NCBI GenBank assembly: GCA_965215515.1
Contig: OZ244057.1
Coordinates: 1,856,001 to 1,920,000, forward strand
Reading direction: 5' to 3'
DNA from: Oligoflexales bacterium
Lineage (GTDB): Bacteria; Bdellovibrionota_B; Oligoflexia; Oligoflexales; JAPPIL01
DNA length: 64,000 nt
Part shown: piece by piece, positions 1 through 9,228 of the stretch
Numbering within the stretch: position 1 is the first letter of the stretch
How the letters are laid out: each line of letters opens with the position of its first letter
The notes under the pieces: model-generated
Told to the model about the DNA's origin: nothing
Database searches by the model: none
The model's input: the letters and a program-made list of their open reading frames with translations, nothing else
Position numbers and translations under genes: made by a program

Positions 1-2
1 GT

Positions 3-1451
3 TTGAAATCCGCTTATGACTTCGGCCCTATCGGGGTGGAGTTGAAACGCAACCTCGCGGACTGCTGGTGGCAGCAGATGGTGCATGAGCGCGATGATGT
101 GGTGGGCTTCGATGCCTCTGTCGTCATGCACCCTAAAGTGTGGGAAGCGTCGGGGCATGTGCAGGGTTTCTGCGATCCGCTCGTCGATTGCTTGAACTGT
201 CAGCAGCGTTTTCGGGCGGACAAAGCACCGCCACAGCCTGTCGGCGAGGTGGTCACCTATGTGCGCGGCGGCGGCAAAAAAGGTCAACGTCTACAGGGGC
301 GGGTGGCGGATTGTGGCTATGTGTGTCCGCATTGCGGCGCACCGACGTTGAGTGCGGAACGTCGCTTCAACCTCATGTTTCAGAGCACCCTCGGCCCTAT
401 CGATCCGCGGGAAGAGTTGTTGCATGACCTCAGGCACGATAAAAATTTAACGTTAGCGGGGGTGCGTGCCCGTCTTCAGCAACTCGATCGCAGTAGCACC
501 GTCTATCTGCGTCCTGAAACTGCACAGGCGTTGTTCGTGCAGTTTGCCAACGTCGTGCAGACGACAGGGCAAAAAATTCCTTTCGGCATCGCGCAGATCG
601 GGAAAGCTTTTCGCAATGAAATCGTCACCGAGCATTTTATCTTCCGATCGTGCGAATTCGAGCAGATGGAATTGGAGTATTTTATCGCTCCTGACAGCTG
701 GCGGGAGCAGCTTGAGTATTGGAAGAGCAAACGTCTCGACTGGTATCATGCCCTCGCTAATCACGCCGAGTCTTTTCGTCTGCGGCAGCACACGCAGGAT
801 GAATTAGCGCACTATGCACAGGACTGCTACGATGTTGAGTTCTTGTTTCCGTGGGGCTGGGATGAGTTGGAAGGTATTGCCTCGCGGGGTGATTACGACT
901 TGCACAGCCACCAGCAGGCGACAGGAGCGAAGCTCAGTTACTTCGATCCGCATCAGGTCAACACCGAGACAGGCAAGCAGGGGGTGCGTTACACACCGTA
1001 TGTGATCGAACCCTCAGCAGGTTTGACGCGTGCGGTGCTGGCACTGCTGCTCGATGCTTATCGGGAGGACAGGGGAGTTGACCATCAAGGCGGCGCGAAA
1101 CAACGGGTCTTTTTGCAGCTACATCCTCGTCTCGCTCCGTACAAGGCGGCGGTCTTGCCCTTGATAAAAAACAACCCTGCACAGGTGGCGATGGCGCAGC
1201 ACATCACGCGGACCCTAAAAAAGCATTCGCTACACGTCTGTTGTGACGACAATCAATCGATCGGCAAACGCTATGCCCGTCACGACGAAATCGGCACACC
1301 GTTTTGTATCACCGTCGACCCACAATCGCAGATTGACAACACCGTGACCTTACGGGAACGTGACACCACCGCGCAACAACGCCTCGCCTGTGATGCCCTG
1401 CCCGCTAAGATTGCTGCGGCACTGGTGCTACCTGGGGAGGGCAGCGCTTAG
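3..1451 (+). CDS. glyQS: Glycine--tRNA ligase, homodimeric type (5' end outside window)
   Basis: YDFGPIG, WEASGH, YLRPETAQ, GKAFRNEI, FEQMELEYF, WDELEGIASR and VIEPSAG motifs; C-terminal anticodon-binding domain (IGKRYARHDEIGTP). Confidence 0.95.
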   Translation: MKSAYDFGPIGVELKRNLADCWWQQMVHERDDVVGFDASVVMHPKVWEASGHVQGFCDPLVDCLNCQQRFRADKAPPQPVGEVVTYVRGGGKKGQRLQGRVADCGYVCPHCGAPTLSAERRFNLMFQSTLGPIDPREELLHDLRHDKNLTLAGVRARLQQLDRSSTVYLRPETAQALFVQFANVVQTTGQKIPFGIAQIGKAFRNEIVTEHFIFRSCEFEQMELEYFIAPDSWREQLEYWKSKRLDWYHALANHAESFRLRQHTQDELAHYAQDCYDVEFLFPWGWDELEGIASRGDYDLHSHQQATGAKLSYFDPHQVNTETGKQGVRYTPYVIEPSAGLTRAVLALLLDAYREDRGVDHQGGAKQRVFLQLHPRLAPYKAAVLPLIKNNPAQVAMAQHITRTLKKHSLHVCCDDNQSIGKRYARHDEIGTPFCITVDPQSQIDNTVTLRERDTTAQQRLACDALPAKIAAALVLPGEGSA

Positions 1452-1523
1452 GCTTTCTTGATGACAGCGTGCCAGGGGCGTTGTACAGTCCACCCCAGCC
1501 TTGTAGAGAACGGATGCAAGAAA

Positions 1524-2309
1524 ATGGCATTGAACGAGGCGCAGCAGGTGTTGACTGCGCTGTGGCAAAAACGCAGGCTACCACAGGTTATTCTCTTTTA
1601 CGGGCGGGAGGGCATGCCTGCTCCCCGTCTGCTCGCCTGGCTGTTGCCACAGCTGCTTTGCCAGCAGGGCAGCGCTTGTGGACACTGCTTTGCTTGTCGC
1701 GCTCTGGCTCACGCTAACCATGACGATGTGCTATCCTATGATGCCGCCCAGGAAAGTTTCGGAGTCGCGGCGGCAAGTCGGGTGCAGAATTTCTTACCCC
1801 TGAGCGGTGGGACACGCATCGTTGTCGTGCAGGCTGCACACTTGATAACCCGTCCTGCAGCCAACAAACTGCTTAAAATTCTCGAAGAACCACCTCCGCA
1901 TGCACACATTTTTCTAACCTCAACCGCCTACGGGCAGTTGTTACCCACCGTTACCTCGCGCTGTTTTCACTTCCTCCTCAAGGAGTCGGAGGATGCGCCA
2001 TGCCGTGGCTTTGCGACACAGTTTGAGCAGTTGCGCACAGCCTCCAGCTGGTCACAGCGTCTAGCGGTGATAAGAAAGCTGCGGGAACACAAATGCGAAC
2101 TGCCAGAGTTTTTATTTTTTTACGAGCAGTACCTCAACCAGTGCTACCGCGCTGCCTTAGCCCGTGGCAAGGGAGAGACACAGGCTACCGCGGTGCGGCG
2201 CACGCGCCTGTATGACATCAAGTGTCTGTTGCAACAACGGGTAAGTTTGCATACACAACTAGCGATGGAGAGTGTGTTGGCAGCAAGCGCAGACGGAGGA
2301 CAAAGATGA
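1524..2309 (+). CDS. holB: DNA polymerase III delta' subunit
   Basis: Zn-binding CxxxxxCxxCxxC, AANKLLKILEEP and SRC motifs; lies upstream of PSP1 gene; ATG 1524 chosen within ORF 1458..2309. Confidence 0.8.
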   Translation: MALNEAQQVLTALWQKRRLPQVILFYGREGMPAPRLLAWLLPQLLCQQGSACGHCFACRALAHANHDDVLSYDAAQESFGVAAASRVQNFLPLSGGTRIVVVQAAHLITRPAANKLLKILEEPPPHAHIFLTSTAYGQLLPTVTSRCFHFLLKESEDAPCRGFATQFEQLRTASSWSQRLAVIRKLREHKCELPEFLFFYEQYLNQCYRAALARGKGETQATAVRRTRLYDIKCLLQQRVSLHTQLAMESVLAASADGGQR

Positions 2310-3184
2310 GCTATGTCAACCTTGCCGCGGTACAGTTCAAGCGCGCGGGCAAGATTTACCACTTCGCGGTGCGGGAACACATGGCATTGCTGGTTGGCGA
2401 TACGGTGGTCGTCGATACCGATCGCGGCTTGAGCCTCGCCGAAGTCGTGCAGCTGGTCTATGAAAAGGGTAATGAGAAGAAAATCAAGCCTGTCGTCAGG
2501 AAAGCGACGGCCAGCGACTTGCAGGAAGGGCGTACCGCCGCTGACGAAGCACGTGCCTTCGTGCAAAAAAAAATTACCCAGTTGGAACTGAACATGAGGG
2601 TACTCAAGGTCGAAGTACAGTTCAGTGGCAATAAGATCGTCGTCTATTTTTCGGCCCCAGGGCGGATCGATTTCCGCAAACTAGTCAAGGAAATTGCCAC
2701 AGGGTTAAGACTGCGCGTCGAGCTTAAACAAGTCGGACCGCGCAACGAAACCAAGCTGCTCGGCGGCATGGGTGTGTGTGGACGTGAGTACTGCTGCTCC
2801 AGTTTCTTGCGCGACTTTTTGCCCGTCTCCACCCGCATGGCTAAAAACCAAAACCTCGCACTCAACCCCAGCAAAGTCAGCGGCGGCTGCGGACGGCTGC
2901 TGTGCTGCTTGAAGTACGAAAACGACACCTACACCGAACTGCGCCGCAAACTACCCCCCAAGGGTACGCTCGTAGAGATCATCAACCACAACCTGCGCGG
3001 CACAATCAGCAAAGTCGACCTACTCAACGAAATGCTCAGCGTAACAACAGATAACGACGAACACCTCAACATCGCCGCTGATCAAGTCAAAGTGCTGCAA
3101 ATTCCCACCCGCACACGTACTGCCACCAAAACCAGCGATGAACAAGACTGGGGAGAAGACATCGACCTGAAGGATCTGGTTTAA
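2306..3184 (+). CDS. ricT: PSP1/RicT (YaaT) family Fe-S protein
   Basis: RIDFRKLVK, GGMGVCGREYCC, SKVSGGCGRLLCCLKYE; GGAGG RBS before ATG 2306, which overlaps the holB stop. Confidence 0.9.
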   Translation: MSYVNLAAVQFKRAGKIYHFAVREHMALLVGDTVVVDTDRGLSLAEVVQLVYEKGNEKKIKPVVRKATASDLQEGRTAADEARAFVQKKITQLELNMRVLKVEVQFSGNKIVVYFSAPGRIDFRKLVKEIATGLRLRVELKQVGPRNETKLLGGMGVCGREYCCSSFLRDFLPVSTRMAKNQNLALNPSKVSGGCGRLLCCLKYENDTYTELRRKLPPKGTLVEIINHNLRGTISKVDLLNEMLSVTTDNDEHLNIAADQVKVLQIPTRTRTATKTSDEQDWGEDIDLKDLV

Positions 3185-3301
3185 AGTAACTTATTAAAAA
3201 TATAATATATATTTGTTTTATTTTTGTTTTTAACAACTTCTGTTATCTTTTTTATTAAAAATAGATTAAGTTTTTATTTTAAATAAGCGATCAGTTGGTG
3301 A

Positions 3302-3775
3302 ATGGTTTATTTTTATCTACGCAGGGGAGTATCGGCTGTGTCGGTTAATTTTATCAGCAATGCCGTATTGTTGTTGTTTTTGCTCTGTGCTTGTGGTGTG
3401 CCTGAGGGTGGAATTTCTAGTGCGAGAAAAGAGGAGCAGTGGCATGCTGCTGACGGGGAGCAGGGGAGGAATAGCTATCGTTTGGAGTTGAGCAAGGTAG
3501 TTGATGTCGCGGTAGGCGAAAAATTCTATGTCGCGGCGGCGCTGCATGACTGTGCAGGACGGGTATTGACGGGCGAGGCCGCGACGGCGGAGATAGCTTT
3601 GCACATCAGGGATGGGGACGAGTATAGTCCTTTGGCAACCGTCAAAGCTCGCGAAGGGGTGGCACACTTTTACGTGATGATGCAAAAAGCGGGCAACAAC
3701 TACGTGTTGCAAGCGGAAGCGGAGATTGCGGGGGAAACTGTCGTTGCCCTGAGCGGGCCGTTCAACTCCCCCTAG
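3302..3775 (+). CDS. Hypothetical lipoprotein, possibly Ig-like
   Basis: Hydrophobic leader ending LLCAC; beta-rich remainder; start uncertain. Confidence 0.55.
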   Translation: MVYFYLRRGVSAVSVNFISNAVLLLFLLCACGVPEGGISSARKEEQWHAADGEQGRNSYRLELSKVVDVAVGEKFYVAAALHDCAGRVLTGEAATAEIALHIRDGDEYSPLATVKAREGVAHFYVMMQKAGNNYVLQAEAEIAGETVVALSGPFNSP

Positions 3776-3938
3776 GAATATGTCGCTTGCGCGGTATGAT
3801 TGCCATTCAGGAACGTGATCGTGACCGCCGTTTCTGTACGCAGCATGGTATGCCGCAGGGGAGAGCGCACACGCAGGACGAAGAGATGTTGCAACGGTTC
3901 GACAAAGCAACTCCGCTTGTCCGCAGCTAGATCAGTAC
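3772..3938 (-). pseudogene. mtaB: Internally deleted duplicate of the mtaB 3' half
   Basis: 3774-3877 matches 18771-18874 (about 90%); 3873-3938 matches 19404-19469; the two parts join at a GCAGG microhomology. Confidence 0.9.
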
Positions 3939-3975
3939 TGTAGATGCCCCCGTAAAAAACGGACACCCTATCGGC
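3939..3975 (+). mobile_element. IS3-family left terminal inverted repeat (IRL-like)
   Basis: TGTAGATGCCCCCGTAAAAAACGGACACCCTATCGGC; near-identical to 14097 and 58570; inverted relative to the IRR ending at 8929. Confidence 0.8.
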
Positions 3976-4018
3976 AGTTCGGAGGCACTCAAGAGAGAGG
4001 AAGCGGGGGTATAGTTCA

Positions 4019-5233
4019 CTACTCTTTTTTCAGTTCACCCCAGGTGGTGGTTTGTTTGCCTTTTGCTGCGACAGGCATAGCCTTGGGGTGGGCGGCGATG
4101 AGGGTGACGATACGGGGCAGCTCAAGCTGGCGGGCGAGGTCTAGTGCCCTATGCCCGTCTGCGTTTTTGAGGAAGGGTTTGATGTCCTGGTGTGCAATGA
4201 GCCTAGCCACTACGTCATCGAAGCGCTTTAGCACCGCGTGGTGCAGGGCGGTCAGGCCGTCTTTATCCTGGGCGTTGATGTCGATACCTTGATGCTTGCT
4301 AAGCTCAATAACTAGTTCCTTGTAGCCTTTCAGTACCGCGTGGTGCAGGGCGGTCAGGCCGTCTTTATCCTGGGCGTTGATGTCGATGTCACGATCGTCG
4401 TTGAGCACCTCGCCTGCCCAGAAATCACTTCTTCCGTACTTGATCTCGAAGATCAGCGGGTATTTGGGGCGGCAACCCATGGGGTCTTCCTCTAACTCAT
4501 ATTCGGGAAAGGCACAGTCTTCCAGTGGCAGTCCCTCGTGCACATGCCTGTAGAGCCAGATGATACCGTTGATGTCGTCTTTGAAAAGCACGGCAAGGCC
4601 GTCAAGTGCGATAGGATCTTCGTGTCCTCTTATATCACCGCTCAAGGCCATCACGGAATTTGGCTGCGTGCCTCTAGTGTGCTTTAGACCGCCTTTACTG
4701 ACCCCTGGCTTGCCCCGCTCCTTCGTAGTAATGTAGGTATCGTCAAGACCGAAAACGTGCCCCATTTCGTGCATAAGGCTGTTCATAAGTTGTATCACTG
4801 CCTTCGTGCCGCTGCGCAGATTGATGCCAGGTGTGGCTCCTCCTACGAGTGCTGTGGAAGCGCCGAGACCGCAGTGGAAGATGATCCACATATCCCCTGC
4901 GGCAGGGCGAGGATCGGCAACAAGCCGATAACGAAAATCTTTGACGATCTGCTTGTCAGTGTAGTCACGCAACGGTTGTAACCAGGTACGCAAGGCTTTG
5001 CTGACTGCGCCAGTAAGTCTCTCATCGTTGTTTCTCGCCTCGGGCGGACAGTCGTCGCCGTAGCCGTAATTGATAACCAAGTGTGGTGCATGCACCTTGT
5101 TGATGAGCGCACCATGGAGACGCAATCGCTGCTCGTGATGAAGGGCCATGAACTTCTTGTCCGCGGGAGGCGGCGGACGCAGAATACAGGAAGTGAGGAG
5201 CACAAAAGAAAGGATGGTTAGCAGTTTCATCAT
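4019..5233 (-). CDS. Lipoprotein zinc metalloprotease (metzincin-like) with ankyrin repeats, copy 1
   Basis: AGGAG RBS; lipobox LLTSC; HEMGHVFGLDD; candidate Met-turn QPNSVM; ankyrin repeats DINAQDKDGLTALHHAV; tail KGKQTTTWGELKKE. Confidence 0.85.
   Translation of the reverse strand: MMKLLTILSFVLLTSCILRPPPPADKKFMALHHEQRLRLHGALINKVHAPHLVINYGYGDDCPPEARNNDERLTGAVSKALRTWLQPLRDYTDKQIVKDFRYRLVADPRPAAGDMWIIFHCGLGASTALVGGATPGINLRSGTKAVIQLMNSLMHEMGHVFGLDDTYITTKERGKPGVSKGGLKHTRGTQPNSVMALSGDIRGHEDPIALDGLAVLFKDDINGIIWLYRHVHEGLPLEDCAFPEYELEEDPMGCRPKYPLIFEIKYGRSDFWAGEVLNDDRDIDINAQDKDGLTALHHAVLKGYKELVIELSKHQGIDINAQDKDGLTALHHAVLKRFDDVVARLIAHQDIKPFLKNADGHRALDLARQLELPRIVTLIAAHPKAMPVAAKGKQTTTWGELKKE
4233..4387. 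repeat. Exact 53-bp direct repeat, 102-bp period (duplicated ankyrin unit)
   Basis: ACCGCGTGGTGCAGGGCGGTCAGGCCGTCTTTATCCTGGGCGTTGATGTCGAT at 4233 and 4335. Confidence 0.9.
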
Positions 5234-5249
5234 GGTTCTCCTTGTATTA

Positions 5250-8200
5250 CTACTCAAAAAGAAGTGGAGCAGCGTTGGCACAGTTATCGTTCGATGCGCA
5301 TGAAACTGGAGGATGGCTACTATCTTTTTGGCATCCATTCCCACTATCACCAATTTCGTTAAGCAGACTGCTCTTGATATTTTCTAGGAAAATTTCCACA
5401 CCAGCATCATCAGCTGCTGTCGTCAGCAAATTGCGCCCAATCTGCTCGAGGCAGTCGCGACTTTGGGAAGTTAGTGCACCTGCCTCGTCAGGGGGGTTGT
5501 CACCACATTCCGATGCTGATGCTGCTGCAGCTCTTATCATATCTCCTCTCGTGCAGGTGAGGCTATTATTTTTCTTAGCGCAACCAGTCTTATCTCCTGC
5601 CATACTGTCTGTACGAGCAGCGTTATAGGCATTGACGATACAACCTTTGTATAATTCATGTAGTTGCGGCGTTGGCGGCGGCGGTGGCGGTTCAAGGGGA
5701 GTACACGTGCATGTGAATGCGTAGGTCTTTCCTGCCACCTGATCAGCGTTAAATGTTCCTAAGCAGTATTCTTCTGCGTAGATATACGGAACATCTGCAA
5801 ACCCTTCCACCGTTACACCATCGTGCGTGTAGGTTGCACACTTACTATTACATTCGCAATAAAAATTTGGGGGATTGCCAGATAAAATAAAACTACCGCC
5901 CTCACTGTTGCACGCCTCTTCTGCAATTTCAACAGTTTCACCATCTCTGTATCTTGTGCATGTATTTTCCTCCAGTTTGTTATCTGTCTCGCAAGGATTA
6001 TGTACATCATCAGGGCAATCTCGTTCAAGCACGGACGCACTTTGGTCGGTGCGAATAGGGATGCAGACATTTGTCTTACCTTCTTCGCAGGGGTTGTTGC
6101 ACGATACGGTGACTACCTGCTGTTGTTTGCAGTTACCGTTACCATTTAGATCTATGCAATTTCCCCAATTGTCAGGATCTGCTACGTGTGTTGGGCAATT
6201 TTGTGGGTGAGGAGGAGTCGTTTTACCGAAGACTCTTCGTGTAGCCATACCCATAGGCTTATTATGATCAGGACAGCTAGTTGGTGTGCATTTATTGGTC
6301 GTCACAGCCGTTTGTTCCTTACACTGACATGTGTATCTAGACACGGTCACCGTCGGCGACCAAGCACCGATCTCAGGTCTGCAGGAGCATTGGGGAGTAG
6401 GTGTTTTTTCGGGGAGTGTTGCGGCAGCATCTGACGGTTCTTCGGAGCACTCACACTCCCCGCTAGCCGAGTTCCAGTAGACTTTGCGGGAATCATCGCC
6501 ACAGCCGCCGTCTGCATGAGAGTTCATATCATCAGAAGCATCACAGCAGTAATTACCGTTAGTGTTCTCAGTGCATCCTTCGGGTGGCGGCGTAACAACT
6601 CCCCCTTTTGCGCACTCACACCTAGGAGCAGGGGGAACAGTATCCCCGTTCCAATTCACCGTGTAGTCCTCCAGACAGTCACTGCTTGGTCGTAGTTTGA
6701 CCTCATGATCATCTGCATCGGCACAACAGTAGTTGCTGTTAGTGTACTCATTGCATTCAGGCGTTGGCGTTGGCGTTGGTGGCGGAGGAGGCGGATCAGT
6801 AGTATCAACACAGCCAGTGCAGGCAACAGCCTCACTAGTGGGGCAATTCTTACGAACAAACCCCACGCCTACAGGGCAAGGACCGTCACTACTGACACCA
6901 GCACAGGGATCACTGCAGGTTCTGCTGCGCATTTCGTGGCAGTACATAGGATCACTCGAATCTGTTACAAAAGCATTTCTTGCACAGGCACTCCATTCAC
7001 CCCAGTCCCGACAATTGGCAGCACAATTGACTGGTTTCTCGCCGCAGACAACTCGGCTAAATTCAGTATGCTCATCGGGACAACTGAAGCCATCCTGACA
7101 ACCAGCTGGGTTATTTGGATGTGGTTCCCAATCTGCAGTAGCATTCCCTGTTTGCGTTACCTCCTTACAGGTGTAATCTTCACTGAGAGGATTCCAAGTT
7201 ATCTCGGCACTCATCACCTTGCACACACAAATACATTCAGTCCTGGTGTCACCTTCTCTGCACGGACATTCGGTGGTAGTGCACTCAGCGATAGGCTTTA
7301 ATCCTTCTTTAGTGCGGATAATGATGGTTTCTGTCTCTTCTGGGCATGTTGTTCCTGGTGGGAGAGTACCAATAGGTGTGCAAGTGATAGTGGTAGTTTT
7401 TGTCTCCGTGTAATTTTTGCATGCACATACGTCTGCTGGCTTTTCTGCTGCTATCCATCCCCCTTCACTACTCACGCAATCACACCGCCCTGGTGGTGTT
7501 GGTGTTGGTGTTGGTGTTGGTGTCGGATCAGGCGTTGGCGTTGGTGGCGTTGGCGTTGGTGGCGTTGGCGTTGGCGTTGGTGGCGTTGGTGTTATGCAAA
7601 CCTTCGTCCCTATAACTGTTACCCGCCTATTTCGTGCCTCTCTTGGACAGGGAGGCCATCCTCTACAGGTTCTCGTCTGTGGTTCATATTCATATCTCGA
7701 TTCGCCCTCACAAGCGTTGGGATCTGTCCTACTATCACTCACCGCAGGCTGCCAAGGAGTACATCCGCATCTCCTACAGCAGCCCTTATTAGGGGCACTA
7801 TCATTGAACGTCCCCCACCACCCGTTGCAGGTTAAGCTAAATGTATTAGCCACCTCGGTATTACCATCACAGCACTGTGTTGTCGGATCACATGGTGGCG
7901 GAGGCGGTGGTGTTGGTGTTGGTGTTGGCGGCGGCGGCGGAGGTGGTGCCCCTATTCCTGCGGGGCAGTACTTGGTGATGTTGCGGCAGACCGTGGGCTT
8001 GGCATCGCGCAACGCCATCCTCACCGCATCACCCCGCGTATAGTCACACTCCTCTCTCCCCCCGCCATGACAATCGGGATAAATATACCTGCCCTCAGCA
8101 TCGGCATAGGCAAAGGCAACCGCAACATTACCAGGACGCAACTGATAAAAATAACGTAACTGTCCACAGGCTTGCGGACGGAAACCCAGATGATTATTCA

Positions 8201-8522
8201 ACCCCTGATCGCGATCATCGGCGTAGTCCCCACAATCACCCCTAGTACCGTCCTCATTCTTGTAGCCGATACCACCATCAGGGGCGAGCAACGCGGAGCC
8301 ACTGTAGTACCTGAAGTGCTCGATCTTATACACCGCCTGCAGACTAGCCAGATGGGCGAGGTTGCTCTTCGCCTCCCCCCGCCGTGCCTGCGCCAAGAAA
8401 GCATGATAACGCGGCAGCGCCAAGGCGACCAAAATGCCGATAACCGCCACCGCGACCATCAACTCCACCAAACTTAAACCCGCTCTCGTCCGCACCACTT
8501 CCCTTTTTTTGGCTAAAAACAA
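5250..8522 (-). CDS. Giant type IV pilin-like protein with Cys-rich C-terminal region, copy 1 (1090 aa)
   Basis: Prepilin motif RTRAG|LSLVELMVAVAVIGILVALALPRY; Pro/Thr linkers; dense cysteines; TSP1-like WGEWSAC..RSRTC. Confidence 0.85.
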   Translation of the reverse strand: MFLAKKREVVRTRAGLSLVELMVAVAVIGILVALALPRYHAFLAQARRGEAKSNLAHLASLQAVYKIEHFRYYSGSALLAPDGGIGYKNEDGTRGDCGDYADDRDQGLNNHLGFRPQACGQLRYFYQLRPGNVAVAFAYADAEGRYIYPDCHGGGREECDYTRGDAVRMALRDAKPTVCRNITKYCPAGIGAPPPPPPPTPTPTPPPPPPCDPTTQCCDGNTEVANTFSLTCNGWWGTFNDSAPNKGCCRRCGCTPWQPAVSDSRTDPNACEGESRYEYEPQTRTCRGWPPCPREARNRRVTVIGTKVCITPTPPTPTPTPPTPTPPTPTPDPTPTPTPTPTPPGRCDCVSSEGGWIAAEKPADVCACKNYTETKTTTITCTPIGTLPPGTTCPEETETIIIRTKEGLKPIAECTTTECPCREGDTRTECICVCKVMSAEITWNPLSEDYTCKEVTQTGNATADWEPHPNNPAGCQDGFSCPDEHTEFSRVVCGEKPVNCAANCRDWGEWSACARNAFVTDSSDPMYCHEMRSRTCSDPCAGVSSDGPCPVGVGFVRKNCPTSEAVACTGCVDTTDPPPPPPTPTPTPECNEYTNSNYCCADADDHEVKLRPSSDCLEDYTVNWNGDTVPPAPRCECAKGGVVTPPPEGCTENTNGNYCCDASDDMNSHADGGCGDDSRKVYWNSASGECECSEEPSDAAATLPEKTPTPQCSCRPEIGAWSPTVTVSRYTCQCKEQTAVTTNKCTPTSCPDHNKPMGMATRRVFGKTTPPHPQNCPTHVADPDNWGNCIDLNGNGNCKQQQVVTVSCNNPCEEGKTNVCIPIRTDQSASVLERDCPDDVHNPCETDNKLEENTCTRYRDGETVEIAEEACNSEGGSFILSGNPPNFYCECNSKCATYTHDGVTVEGFADVPYIYAEEYCLGTFNADQVAGKTYAFTCTCTPLEPPPPPPTPQLHELYKGCIVNAYNAARTDSMAGDKTGCAKKNNSLTCTRGDMIRAAAASASECGDNPPDEAGALTSQSRDCLEQIGRNLLTTAADDAGVEIFLENIKSSLLNEIGDSGNGCQKDSSHPPVSCASNDNCANAAPLLFE
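7491..7593. repeat. (GGYGTT)n microsatellite encoding Pro-Thr linker
   Basis: Tandem GGTGTT/GGCGTT units; shorter equivalent at 62433-62492. Confidence 0.9.
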
Positions 8523-8676
8523 AACTTTCCCGCGCGAACATCATCGGCGTTTTTTTTTTCACTTTAGTTACGTTGCCAAAACCCCCAAATTACCATTGTC
8601 TACCTGCAATATTGCGGGAGAGAGGGAAGATGGGGCGCTGCCCCATACCCCGCACAACTTTTTGAAAAAAGTTGGA
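8523..8676 (-). promoter_or_regulatory. Conserved upstream region of giant pilin genes (poly-A tract, twin hairpins)
   Basis: Near-identical to 63416-63568; first about 100 bp also at 18369-18470; regulatory role inferred. Confidence 0.55.
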
Positions 8677-8696
8677 GCAAAAACTCAATTCCTGAG

Positions 8697-8929
8697 TACA
8701 GCCCCGCAAGCAATGGTATGGCAGAGGCGTTCGTGAAAACTTTTAAACGAGACTATGCCTATGTCAGTGACTTGAGTTCAGCAGATGTGGTTGAGCAAAA
8801 ATTGCATGTCTGGTTTGATGAATACAACAACGTTGCACCACACAAAGCACTTGGCATGATATCACCTAGGATGTATATGGAGTTCCAACAGGCTGGGTAG
8901 ACTGTCCGTTTTTTGGGGGCAACTCCACA
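8697..8929 (+). mobile_element. IS3-family 3' fragment (orfB end plus right inverted repeat)
   Basis: SNGMAEAFVKTFKRDY...YNNVAPHKALG; IRR ends GGGGGCAACTCCACA. Confidence 0.9.
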
Positions 8930-9073
8930 TCCCATACCGACGCAACATTGAACTTCACACCGAAGTGGGTGGCAAGTTTAGCAGCAGATTTCAGTTTGCT
9001 GGTAGGCACAGCAAGCCTTGCCAGGACGCAGTTTTTCAAGATGCGATTATTGAGCTCAGCGTGTCGTCCTTGT

Positions 9074-9106
9074 AGATGCAGCCTCTTCTTGCGATACACG
9101 CCCTAG
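9074..9106 (-). mobile_element. Short IS5-family remnant
   Basis: 9074-9103 is the reverse complement of 55949-55978 (29/30); begins CTAGGG like the IS end at 55771. Confidence 0.6.
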
Positions 9107-9228
9107 GCTTGTTATGCGAATTGTTAACAGCCGACCAGGTATTCGTTTTTCAGAGGTATCTACAGATGGCATCTTTGTTGCAGGGATTATCACGAGGACT
9201 GTGTTGTTTCTTACGTTGCGGAGGTTTC

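Noticed and set aside
3185..3300. Very AT-rich intergenic tract as a replication origin
   Set aside because: No DnaA-box cluster or origin-associated genes seen; likely a promoter region
7417..8043. Plus-strand Gly/Val-rich ORFs (also 62358-62936, 6705-7301, 61703-62242)
   Set aside because: Antisense shadows of the pilin genes and their Pro-Thr repeats
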